A DNA stretch of 64,000 nucleotides from a bacterium (GTDB lineage Bacteria > Elusimicrobiota > Elusimicrobia > Elusimicrobiales > UBA9959). Numbering within the stretch: the first letter of the stretch is position 1; each line of letters begins with the position of its first letter. The notes below the pieces were generated by a model. It saw only the letters and a list, made by a program, of their open reading frames with translations. It searched no databases and had not been told where the DNA came from. This document shows positions 55,620 through 64,000 of this stretch, in pieces. The DNA is taken from contig JAJYJH010000009.1 in assembly GCA_021789695.1 (NCBI GenBank), positions 1,750-65,749 of the forward strand, in the 5' to 3' direction. The position numbers and the translations under genes were made by a program.

Positions 55620-57059
55620 ATGAATCTCCCCATAAAATTGCTCACCACTGCAGTAGCTGTCCCGGTGTTCGGCGCGTTCCTGATACCGTTCGCCAGCCGG
55701 GTGTCCAATTCAGCCCGGAACGCCTTCGCGGTGCTCCTGGGCCTGTTCACTTTCGCGGCGGTGGCCTCCCTGCTGCGCCCGGTGCTGGAGGGGAGCACGG
55801 TGGATTATATCATCAGCTTCCCTCGCGGCTTCGACCTGATACTGCACGCCGACCTGCTCTCGGTCTTCATGGCGACAGTTTCCTCCTTTGTCAGCGCGAT
55901 AATCCTGATTTACTCGCTTGACTACATCTCGCACTACGACAACCAAACCGAATACTACACGATGGTGGTATTTTTCCTCGGCTCTATGATGGGTCTGGTG
56001 TTTTCCGCCAACCTGCTGTGGATGTACGTGTTCTGGGAAATGACCGGTTTCGCGAGTTGGAGGCTGGTGGGCTTCTTCCGCTCTGACCGCGACGTCGCCA
56101 AGGCCAACAAGACCATACTTGTCACCGTCTTCGGCGCGCTTTGCATGCTGATAGGCATAATAATGATTTACACCAACTACGGCACGCTGGACCTGCGCGC
56201 GCTGCACGGACAGGCCATCACTTTCACGGCGGCCGCCTTCATCCTGGCGGGCATCCTCTCCAAGTCCGCCACGCTGCCGTTCTCCACCTGGCTGCCGGAC
56301 GCCGGCGTGGCTCCCTCCACGGTGACCTCCCTGCTGCACGCGGCCGTGCTGGTAAAGATCGGCGTTTACGCTTACGCCCGCATTTTCGGCGTCACGTTCG
56401 CCGCGCCCGAGGCCTTCTCCATGATGGTTCTCTATATAACCGGGGCCAGCGCGCTGATCTCGGCCGGCGCCGCCCTGGTCGAGACCGACATCAAGAGGAT
56501 AATCGCCTACTCCACTATAAGCCAGCTGGCGTTCATTTTCCTGGGCCTGGCCTCCGGCAACAAGACCGCCTTCATCGGCGCCATCCTATACATCCTGATG
56601 CACAGCGTGGCCAAGGGGGGGCTGTTCCTCTGCGCCGGTATCATTGAGCAGAAGACCCACACTAAGGACATCAACCGGATGGGCGGCCTGTTCCGCTCGA
56701 TGCCGGTCACCGGTTCCGCCTTCGCGCTCTGCTCCCTGTCCATCATGGGCATCCCGCCCTTCGGCGGCTTCTTCGGCAAGTATCTGGTCTTTGCCGGCGC
56801 CGCGCAGAACGGCAGCCTTGGCGTGCTGCTGATGTTCCTCTTCGGAGCCATGATGACCCTGCTCTACCTGGTCCGCCTGTTCTACAAGATATTCCTGGGC
56901 GAGCCCGCCGGCCACGAGAACCCGAAAGAAGGCTCCTACACGATGGTCGCCAGCGTGATGGCCCTCGCCCTCATCAGCCTGGCCCTCGGCGCCTTAATCT
57001 ACTACCCGGCCAGTTACGCCGGCCTCCTCACCACCACCCTAGGAGTGAACCTGCAATGA
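55620..57059 (+). CDS. Antiporter-like subunit (NuoL/MrpA-type core, no lateral helix)
   Basis: FWEMTG, KSATLPFSTWLPDA, LLHAAVLVKIG, HSVAKGGLF, GFFGK. Confidence 0.9.
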   Translation: MNLPIKLLTTAVAVPVFGAFLIPFASRVSNSARNAFAVLLGLFTFAAVASLLRPVLEGSTVDYIISFPRGFDLILHADLLSVFMATVSSFVSAIILIYSLDYISHYDNQTEYYTMVVFFLGSMMGLVFSANLLWMYVFWEMTGFASWRLVGFFRSDRDVAKANKTILVTVFGALCMLIGIIMIYTNYGTLDLRALHGQAITFTAAAFILAGILSKSATLPFSTWLPDAGVAPSTVTSLLHAAVLVKIGVYAYARIFGVTFAAPEAFSMMVLYITGASALISAGAALVETDIKRIIAYSTISQLAFIFLGLASGNKTAFIGAILYILMHSVAKGGLFLCAGIIEQKTHTKDINRMGGLFRSMPVTGSAFALCSLSIMGIPPFGGFFGKYLVFAGAAQNGSLGVLLMFLFGAMMTLLYLVRLFYKIFLGEPAGHENPKEGSYTMVASVMALALISLALGALIYYPASYAGLLTTTLGVNLQ

Positions 57060-58921
57060 ACCTGATACTGATACCGATATTCCTCCCGCTGGCGACTGCC
57101 GCGGCCGTCCTGCTGATAAACGAGAAGACGAAGTACCTGAAGGAGATCCTCTCCTCGGCCGCGGCGCTGGTGGCGCTGCTGGCAGCTGGCGACATCTTCC
57201 TGCAGCTGCCTGCGGAACAGCATCTCTCGTTGCCGTGGATCAGCGCCGGGCTCAGTTTCACGCTGCGGGCGGACGCACTCAGCGCTTTTCTGCTGCTGGC
57301 TGTCTCACTGTTCTCTGCGGCCATTTCGATCTACTCTTTCAGCATGCCCGACAAGGGCTCCTCAAAGTGGTTCTTCTTCAACCTGCTAATGACGCAGGCC
57401 TTCGCCGCCGGAGCAGCGCTGGCGGACAGCCTGCTGGTCATGCTGTTCTTCTGGGAAGGGCTGCTGGTGTTCCTCTATACCTTCATCATCCTCTCTCAGG
57501 ACGCCCCGGGGGCGCGCCGCACGGCCAAGAAGGCCTTCCTCATAAACGGCGTCACCGACCTCTGCCTGCTCGTTGGCATAACCATCACCGGCTATATCGC
57601 CGGCACCATGAACATGTCGGAGATAGCGCGCAACAAGCTGACGCTGGACTATGGCTGGTCCGTGTTCGCCTACGTGCTGCTGATGATCGGCGCGGTCTCC
57701 AAGGCCGGGGCCATGCCGTTCCATACCTGGATTCCCGACGCCGCCACCAATTCCAGTTCGCCGTTCATGGCCTACATCCCGGCGGCCATAGACAAGCTGC
57801 TCGGGATCTATTTCCTGGCCCGCGCGAGCATCTACCTTTACCAGCTCAACGGCGCCATGTCGATAGTACTCATGACGCTGGGCGCGTTCACGATCCTGGC
57901 GGCAGTGATGATGGCCTTCGTGCAGAAGGACTACAAGCGGCTGCTCTCCTACCACGCGGTCAGCCAGACCGGGTACATGATACTCGGAATAGGCACGCTG
58001 AACCCCATAGGTATAGCCGGCGGCCTGTTTCACATGATAAACCACGCCACCTACAAGTCCTGCCTGTTCATGACGGCGGGCTCCGTGGAGCGGCGGACCG
58101 GAACGAACGACCTTACCAAGCTGGGAGGGCTCTTCCGCCTGATGCCGCTCACCGCCATTTTCTTCCTGATAGCGGCCGCGGCCATCTCCGGCATAGCGCC
58201 CTTCAACGGTTTCTTCTCCAAGGAGCTCGTCTACCGCGGCGCGCTAGACAGCGGCCACCCGATCTTCTTCTGGGCGGCAGAGCTCGGCTCCTTCCTGACA
58301 CTGGCCTCGTTCCTCAAGCTGGGCCACTCCGTCTACTTCGGCAGGCTGCCGGAGAACCTCAAGAACACCAAGGAGGCTCCGTTCTCCATGCTGCTGCCGA
58401 TGGCATCCTTAGCCGCCATCTGCGTGCTCTTCGGCTTCGGCGCGCACTTGCCGCTTGAGCGCTTTATCAGTCCGGCCCTCAGCTCGATTGGCGTCCAGCA
58501 CGGTGAGTTGGCCGGTTTTGAGGCGGGCAAGTTGTACTTTCTCTCGGTCATAGTCATACTGGCCGCGGTCATCAACCATATGTTGGGCCTGGCCGCCGGC
58601 GGGGGGAAGGCGAGCAAAGCCTCCGACCACATCCATTACGCCCCGGTGCTAAAGCAAGCCTACGCGATGGCGGAGAACAGGGTCTTCGACATCTACGAGC
58701 TCGGCATGGACAAGGTAGTGCCGGTGGTGGCGAAAGTGATGTTCAGCGTCGACCGCTTCTTCGACTGGGTCATAGATACGGCGCCCAGCTCGGCCGCGGG
58801 GTTCTTCAGCGACGCCTCGGAGCGCTTTCATAACGGCTCCTACCCGCTCTACATGGCCCTCACGCTGGCCGGGGCCGCAGTGTACATCCTGTTAGCGGCG
58901 CTCAACGGAGGGTTGAAATAA
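57056..58921 (+). CDS. Antiporter-like subunit with NuoL-type C-terminal extension
   Basis: FWEGL, KAGAMPFHTWIPDA, INHATYKSCLF, GFFSKE; long amphipathic tail ending in a TM. Confidence 0.9.
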   Translation: MNLILIPIFLPLATAAAVLLINEKTKYLKEILSSAAALVALLAAGDIFLQLPAEQHLSLPWISAGLSFTLRADALSAFLLLAVSLFSAAISIYSFSMPDKGSSKWFFFNLLMTQAFAAGAALADSLLVMLFFWEGLLVFLYTFIILSQDAPGARRTAKKAFLINGVTDLCLLVGITITGYIAGTMNMSEIARNKLTLDYGWSVFAYVLLMIGAVSKAGAMPFHTWIPDAATNSSSPFMAYIPAAIDKLLGIYFLARASIYLYQLNGAMSIVLMTLGAFTILAAVMMAFVQKDYKRLLSYHAVSQTGYMILGIGTLNPIGIAGGLFHMINHATYKSCLFMTAGSVERRTGTNDLTKLGGLFRLMPLTAIFFLIAAAAISGIAPFNGFFSKELVYRGALDSGHPIFFWAAELGSFLTLASFLKLGHSVYFGRLPENLKNTKEAPFSMLLPMASLAAICVLFGFGAHLPLERFISPALSSIGVQHGELAGFEAGKLYFLSVIVILAAVINHMLGLAAGGGKASKASDHIHYAPVLKQAYAMAENRVFDIYELGMDKVVPVVAKVMFSVDRFFDWVIDTAPSSAAGFFSDASERFHNGSYPLYMALTLAGAAVYILLAALNGGLK

Positions 58922-60354
58922 TGGACAAAGGACTTCTGGCGTATCTTCTCATCCCGCTTCTAAGCGCGGTGCTGATACCCTTCGCCGCGCGCGGCCGCCG
59001 GCGTCTGGCCGACGTTATAGCCAACGTTACGCTGCTGGCCGGCCTGGCCAACCTGGCCTGGCTGGTACTGCGCCCGTCCATGATCTCCGGCGGCTTCGCC
59101 GACATCCCCGGCGACGGTTTCACGCTGCTGTTAGTAGGAACCGTCTACCTGGTGGGCTTCTGTGTCACGTTCTTCTCAGCCTGGTTCATGGAGGACGGCG
59201 CCCCTAACAGACAGGCCTACTACTCGCTCATTCTGGTCTCCGTTGCGGCAATGACCGGGGTGGTCAGCGCCACCGACTTCTTCACGCTGTACGTTTTTAT
59301 AGAGGTCCTGGCGGTCACGTCCTTCGCGCTGATAACCACGGACGATTCCGGGCGCGGCGTGGAGGGCGCACTGAAGTACTTCTTCCTGACCTTCCCGGCC
59401 TCCGCGCTGATCATCCTCGGCATCTCTATACTGATGCTGACGCTTGGCAGCCTCTCCTTCGACAACCTGCGCATCTTCATGGCTTCCGGGATCCCCTCAT
59501 CCGGTCCAGTCACTTTCGGCGCAGCGCTTATGCTGTTGGGCTTCCTGATAAAATCCGGCGTGGCGCCTTTCCACACGTGGACCCCCGACGCTTACCAGGG
59601 CGCCTACGCTCCCGTCTCGGCGCACCTGGCAGGCATAGTCACGAAGATATCCGGAGTCTACGCGGTGATTCGCATGGCCGCTCTGCTTCGCTTCTTCGAC
59701 GGCCGCGCGCTTGCGCTCTCAGACCTGCTGATGTTCCTCGGCATGCTGTCCATCGCGGTGGGCGCGGTAGCCGCGCTGAGGCAAAAGGACTTCAAGCGTA
59801 TGCTGGCCTTCTCCAGCGTCAGCCAGGTGGGCTATATCGTTCTGGCGGCAGGACTCGGCACGCCGTTGGCCATAATGGGCGCTATCTTCCACCTCTTTAA
59901 CCACGCGACGTTCAAGACCGTGCTGTTCCTCAACAGCGCGAGTCTGGAGAAATCGGCGGGCACTACCGACATGGAGAAACTGGGAGGAATGGAACACGCG
60001 ATGCCCTGGACCTCGTGGACCTCGGTGGTGGCGCTGCTCTCCACCGCGGGCGTCCCGCCGCTCTCCGGGTTCTGGAGCAAACTGCTCATCATCATCGCGC
60101 TGTGGCAGGCCGGGCTCAGAACCTACGCCGTGCTGGCCCTCCTGTTCAGCATAGTGACCCTCGCCTACTTCATGGTGATGCAGAGGAAGGTCTTCTTCGG
60201 GAAGAGGTCCAGGGCCGCTGAAGTTTCCACCGAAGTCCCGGCCCCAATGCTGGCCCCTGCCGTATTGATGAGCGCGCTGATAGTGGCGCTGGGCCTGCTG
60301 TTCCCGTACTTCTACACCTACGTTAGGATGGTGGCCGAAAGGATACTGATATGA
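58921..60354 (+). CDS. Antiporter-like subunit (NuoM/N, MrpD/MbhH-type)
   Basis: FIEVLA, EGALKY, IKSGVAPFHTWTPDAY, NHATFK, GFWSK. Confidence 0.9.
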   Translation: MDKGLLAYLLIPLLSAVLIPFAARGRRRLADVIANVTLLAGLANLAWLVLRPSMISGGFADIPGDGFTLLLVGTVYLVGFCVTFFSAWFMEDGAPNRQAYYSLILVSVAAMTGVVSATDFFTLYVFIEVLAVTSFALITTDDSGRGVEGALKYFFLTFPASALIILGISILMLTLGSLSFDNLRIFMASGIPSSGPVTFGAALMLLGFLIKSGVAPFHTWTPDAYQGAYAPVSAHLAGIVTKISGVYAVIRMAALLRFFDGRALALSDLLMFLGMLSIAVGAVAALRQKDFKRMLAFSSVSQVGYIVLAAGLGTPLAIMGAIFHLFNHATFKTVLFLNSASLEKSAGTTDMEKLGGMEHAMPWTSWTSVVALLSTAGVPPLSGFWSKLLIIIALWQAGLRTYAVLALLFSIVTLAYFMVMQRKVFFGKRSRAAEVSTEVPAPMLAPAVLMSALIVALGLLFPYFYTYVRMVAERILI

Positions 60355-60842
60355 CGAACGACTACCGCACCCTGCTCTACGCGCTGGCGGTCTTCTTCTC
60401 GCTCTGGGCTGTGATCTCAAGGAAACTGCTAATCTCGGCGATAATGCTGGCCCTCGTCAGCGTCTTGGTCTCGCTGATTTTCTTCGACTTTGGAGCCCCG
60501 TGGGCCGGCGTTTTTGAGCTCTCGGTCTGCGCCGGACTTATAACCGTGCTGTTCGTGAGCGCGGTCAGCCTGATTCGCGCCGAGGAGGAAAAGCACCCCG
60601 AGAGCCGCGCCCGCTTCTACGCGCTGCCGCTGGCCGCCGCCATCTTCGCGATAGCCGGCTGGTTCTATCTGCCGCAGTTCTTCGCGGAGATAGCAGGCTG
60701 GACGCGCCCAAGCACCGGGGGCGGTACAATAGGGCTCGCCCTGTGGGATATGCGCCGCCCGGACTTGCTGGGCCAGGTGCTGATGCTGGCCGCCGGCGTC
60801 TTCGTGATAAAATCAATCTTTCCCAGGAGGAGCGAGAAATGA
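60351..60842 (+). CDS. NuoJ-like membrane subunit
   Basis: About five TMs; APWAGVFELSVCAGLITVL; IGLALW..RRPDLLGQ. Confidence 0.75.
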   Translation: MTNDYRTLLYALAVFFSLWAVISRKLLISAIMLALVSVLVSLIFFDFGAPWAGVFELSVCAGLITVLFVSAVSLIRAEEEKHPESRARFYALPLAAAIFAIAGWFYLPQFFAEIAGWTRPSTGGGTIGLALWDMRRPDLLGQVLMLAAGVFVIKSIFPRRSEK

Positions 60843-61144
60843 ACTCTTTCCCGATGGAGTGGTACTTTACGGCCCTGATGATGTTCGTAGGTTTTTACTG
60901 TATGCTAGCCTCCCGCAGCATAGTGCGGCAGCTGATAGGCCTGGAAATAATCTCCAAGGGCGCGATGCTGGCGCTGCTCTCGGCAGGGGCGCTGGCGAAC
61001 AACCTGGTCTTCGCGCAGGCCCTGGTGCTTACGCTGATAGTCATAGAGGTGGTCGTCGTGGGGGCCGGCCTCGCGCTGCTGGTCAAGAACTTCCGAGTCA
61101 ACGGCACCACCGACATCTGGAAGCTCGACAGCCTCAAAGGATAA
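60839..61144 (+). CDS. NuoK/MnhC-like membrane subunit
   Basis: Three TMs; IGLEII and IVIEVVV glutamates; ATGA overlap. Confidence 0.8.
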   Translation: MNSFPMEWYFTALMMFVGFYCMLASRSIVRQLIGLEIISKGAMLALLSAGALANNLVFAQALVLTLIVIEVVVVGAGLALLVKNFRVNGTTDIWKLDSLKG

Positions 61145-61148
61145 AGCC

Positions 61149-61484
61149 ATGGACATATTGCTATTCCCTCCGGTCGCGTTCATTATCTCGCTCTTGTTCG
61201 TGATGGGGCTTTCGGCGATTCTCTCCCCGCTATCCGCCAAGCCGGCCCGGATACCGGGCTCGGCCAAACACAAGGCGTACGGCTGCGGCGAGGAGGTCCC
61301 GTCGGAAAAGGCCATCCCGGACTATCAGGTCTTCTTTCCATTCGCGATTTTCTTCACGCTGCTGCACGTGGCCGGCCTGATGCTGGCGACCTGGAGTTTC
61401 AATCCGCTCTCCTCAGGCGTGGGGCTGGTGATAGGCTACGCGGCGGCGGTGATCGTAATCCTCGCCATTCTCTTCGTGGGATAA
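61149..61484 (+). CDS. NuoA-like membrane subunit
   Basis: TM, KHKAYGCGEE loop, then FFPFAIFF plus two TMs. Confidence 0.75.
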   Translation: MDILLFPPVAFIISLLFVMGLSAILSPLSAKPARIPGSAKHKAYGCGEEVPSEKAIPDYQVFFPFAIFFTLLHVAGLMLATWSFNPLSSGVGLVIGYAAAVIVILAILFVG

Positions 61485-61488
61485 CAAC

Positions 61489-61926
61489 ATGAAAACATTC
61501 GATAAACTCGTGACCTGGGCGCTGCTGAAATCCCCCTGGATCCTCCACTTTAATTCCGGGGCCTGCAACGGTTGCGACATCGAGATAGTGGACGCGCTGA
61601 CCCCGAAGTACGACGTGGAACGTTTCGGCATGGTACTGAAGGCCACGCCGCGCCACGCGGACATCCTGGTGGTCAGCGGCCCGGTCACTCGCCAGCAGGC
61701 CAAACGCCTTAAAACCATCTACGACCAGATGCCGGACCCCAAGTTCGTGATGGCCGTAGGCGCCTGCGGCTGTTCCGGAGGCGTCTTTAACGGCTGCTAC
61801 GGCGTAATCCCGGGCGTGGACAAGACCCTGCCGGTCTCCGTCTACATCCCGGGCTGCCCGGTGCGCCCCGAGGCCATCATAGACGGCGTCGTAAAGTTGA
61901 TCCAGAGCGTGGAAGGCAAGAAGTAA
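61489..61926 (+). CDS. Group 4 hydrogenase small subunit (NuoB/EchC-like)
   Basis: GACNGCDIE, PRHAD, GACGCSGG, PGCPVRP. Confidence 0.95.
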   Translation: MKTFDKLVTWALLKSPWILHFNSGACNGCDIEIVDALTPKYDVERFGMVLKATPRHADILVVSGPVTRQQAKRLKTIYDQMPDPKFVMAVGACGCSGGVFNGCYGVIPGVDKTLPVSVYIPGCPVRPEAIIDGVVKLIQSVEGKK

Positions 61927-61936
61927 GGAGGACTCG

Positions 61937-62413
61937 ATGGGCGAATTTGAGAAGGAAGAAAAGATAAAGTCCGCGCTGGAGAAACAGTTCGGCGGGGCGG
62001 TCTTCAACGCCTCCGTTCAGCGCAGGAACCGCGTCTGGGCGGAGGTGGAGCCCTCGAAGCTCCCCGAGGTCATGGCCTGGCTGAAAGCCGAAGGTTTCAA
62101 CCACCTGGCCACAATCTCCGGTTTCGACGAGGGGGAGAATCTGGGCGCCTACTACCACACGACGGACTTCAAGACGGTGGTGAATGTAAAGGCGAAAACC
62201 CCGCGCGCCAACCCCGTCCTCCCGTCCACGCTTTCCGTGTTCCCCGGGGCGCTCTCCTACGAGCGCGAGCTGGAGGACATGTTCGGGATAAAGATCCAGG
62301 GACTGCCGGCCGGCCGCCGCTACCCGCTGCCGGAAGACTTCCCCACGGACCAGTATCCCCTGCGCAAGGACTGGAAGTTCGTCCCGCCCGCAGACGGAAC
62401 GGAGGCCGAATAA
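61937..62413 (+). CDS. NuoC/EchD-like subunit
   Basis: FNHLATISGFD, YERELEDMFG, PLRKD. Confidence 0.9.
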   Translation: MGEFEKEEKIKSALEKQFGGAVFNASVQRRNRVWAEVEPSKLPEVMAWLKAEGFNHLATISGFDEGENLGAYYHTTDFKTVVNVKAKTPRANPVLPSTLSVFPGALSYERELEDMFGIKIQGLPAGRRYPLPEDFPTDQYPLRKDWKFVPPADGTEAE

Positions 62414-63606
62414 TGTCCAAGATCACGATACCGCTGGGCCCCCAGCACCCCGCCCTGAAAGAGCCGGAGAACTTCATGCTCGTCCTAGAGGGAGAGCAGA
62501 TTTCTGGAGCCACGGTCAATCTGGGCTACAACCACCGCGGCATGGAGAAGGCCGCAGAGGAGCGCACCTACATACAGGACCTGTACCTGCTGGAGCGCGT
62601 CTGCGGCATCTGCTCCCATTCTCACACCACCTGTTACATCACCAACGTAGAGGAGCTCGCCAAGTGTGAGACGCCCAAGCGGGCCCTCGCGATACGCACG
62701 CTCGTGGCCGAGCTCGAGCGCGTGCACAGCCACCTGCTGTGGCTCGGCGTGGCCGGCTACGAGATGGGCTTCGAGACGCTGTTCATGTACACCTGGCGCG
62801 ACCGAGAGCAGGTGCTCGACTGCCTGGAGCTCATCAGCGGCAACCGCGTGCATTATTCCATCAACACGATAGGCGGCGTGCGCCGCGACATCACGGCCGA
62901 ACAGAAGGCCGAGGTCCTGAAGCGCATAGACTACCTGGCCGAGCGCACCAACTACTACATCAGGCTGGCCACCGAGGAGGCCACCGTGCTGGCCCGCACG
63001 CAGAACGTCGGCAAGCTGCCTTACGACGTCGCGATAGAGCGCGGCGCGATAGGCCCCACCGCTCGCGCCTCCGGAGTGGCGCGGGACGTCCGCAAGAACG
63101 AGCCTTACCTGACCTACAGTGAACTGGACTTCAAGTTGATAACCGCGGACTCCTGCGATGTCTTCGGCCGCCTGGTAGTGCGCGCGCTGGAACTGGTGGA
63201 GTCCTACAAGATAATCAGGCAGGTGCTCAACAACCTCCCCGAGGGCCCCACAGCGGTGAAGGTGCCGATGCGTATTCCCGCCGGCGAGGCAGTCAACCGC
63301 TACGAGGCCCCGCGCGGGGAGGACATCCACTACCTGAAGTCAAACGGCACCGACAAGCCGGAGCGCGTGAAAGTGCGAGCTCCCACGCTGGCCAACCTGC
63401 AGAGCGTGGCCTACATGCTCGAGGGCGGCTGGCTGGCTGACGTCCCGCTCGTGATAGCGGCCATAGACCCGTGCATGTCCTGCACGGACCGCGCCGTGGT
63501 ATGGGACCCGAAGAAGGGCAGGAAGCAGACCTATGGCTGGGAAGACCTGCGCAAGATGGCCATAGAGCAGTACAGGCGCCGCGGCGTGGACTTCACGAGG
63601 CTTTGA
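62413..63606 (+). CDS. Group 4 [NiFe]-hydrogenase large subunit
   Basis: L1 ERVCGICSHSH; L2 DPCMSCTDR followed by a C-terminal extension; EAPRGE, VRAPT. Confidence 0.95.
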   Translation: MSKITIPLGPQHPALKEPENFMLVLEGEQISGATVNLGYNHRGMEKAAEERTYIQDLYLLERVCGICSHSHTTCYITNVEELAKCETPKRALAIRTLVAELERVHSHLLWLGVAGYEMGFETLFMYTWRDREQVLDCLELISGNRVHYSINTIGGVRRDITAEQKAEVLKRIDYLAERTNYYIRLATEEATVLARTQNVGKLPYDVAIERGAIGPTARASGVARDVRKNEPYLTYSELDFKLITADSCDVFGRLVVRALELVESYKIIRQVLNNLPEGPTAVKVPMRIPAGEAVNRYEAPRGEDIHYLKSNGTDKPERVKVRAPTLANLQSVAYMLEGGWLADVPLVIAAIDPCMSCTDRAVVWDPKKGRKQTYGWEDLRKMAIEQYRRRGVDFTRL

Positions 63607-63615
63607 GGAAACGAC

Positions 63616-64000
63616 ATGGAAGCGATAATACCTCTGGCGAAGATTATACTGTTCCCGGGTTTTCTGTTCCTGGCCGTGTACGGGCTGTTCCTGCAATGGG
63701 TGGACAGGAAGCTCTGCGCGGTGATGCAGAACCGCATGGGCCCGCCCTGGTTCCAGCCGGCGGCGGACTTCATAAAGCTGCTGGCCAAAGAAGTAATAGT
63801 CCCCGACGCCGCGGAGGCGGCGATGTTCCGCGTGCTGCCGTTCTTCGCGATGGCGGCCGTTATGACGGCCCTGGTGGCCATACCGGTCGGTTCTTCGGCA
63901 CTTTTTAGTTTCCAGGGCGACCTGGTAGCCGTCATTTATCTGCTGACGATTCCCACGGTCACGTTCTTTCTGGCGGGCTGGAGTTCCACTAGCCCCTACG
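63616..64000 (+). CDS. NuoH/EchB-like subunit (truncated by window end)
   Basis: MEAIIPL...DRKLCAVMQNRMGPPWFQPAADFIKLLAKE; frame open to the end of the window; not in the ORF track. Confidence 0.92.
   Translation, partial: MEAIIPLAKIILFPGFLFLAVYGLFLQWVDRKLCAVMQNRMGPPWFQPAADFIKLLAKEVIVPDAAEAAMFRVLPFFAMAAVMTALVAIPVGSSALFSFQGDLVAVIYLLTIPTVTFFLAGWSSTSPY

Noticed and set aside
62413-63606. Reading the last operon as ordinary NADH dehydrogenase (nuo) or a Ni-less Ehr/Mbx complex
   Set aside because: Both CxxC nickel motifs and a maturation tail are present, which NuoD, Ehr and Mbx lack.

Overview
GC-rich bacterial chromosomal segment, almost entirely protein-coding (about 60 genes). I saw no tRNA, rRNA, CRISPR array, transposase or integrase. 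Orphan TraF-like and PorV-like barrels and a pilin-like head domain suggest an Elusimicrobiota-like lineage; this is inference, not checked. Left to right: (1) surE, hypothetical, CoA-binding protein and pcm, then a relic hydrolase tail and a TraF-like barrel. (2) A CusRS-like two-component system, then a CusR/HprR-type palindromic box and a ~13 kb co-directional block: PepSY protein, SapM-like acid phosphatase, two PAP2 phosphatases, ArnT-like GT-C, fused PIG-L deacetylase/GT2, flippase-like protein, TolC, RND permease with no adaptor, and a YncE propeller. (3) ABC exporter, Wzx flippase and FNR-like regulator. (4) Housekeeping genes: upp, pdp, PNP, yraN, rnhB, rplS-trmD-khpA-rpsP with no rimM, rpe, PASTA protein, fmt, def. 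(5) APC/USP transporter with PTS EIIA, BadF kinase, suhB, PorV-CsgG fusion, MBL hydrolase, cydAB and a second GT-C. (6) The standout: a promoter-to-terminator operon encoding a 2679-aa PfaA-like megasynthase with order KS-AT-KS-ACP-ACP-KR-DH. Both KS domains keep their catalytic triads and both ACPs carry Thr (GIDT) where the pantetheinylated Ser is expected. An Sfp-type PPTase and a lone carboxyltransferase follow. (7) A complex-I-like group 4 [NiFe]-hydrogenase operon running off the right edge. All family calls come from motif recognition by eye; no database searches were run.
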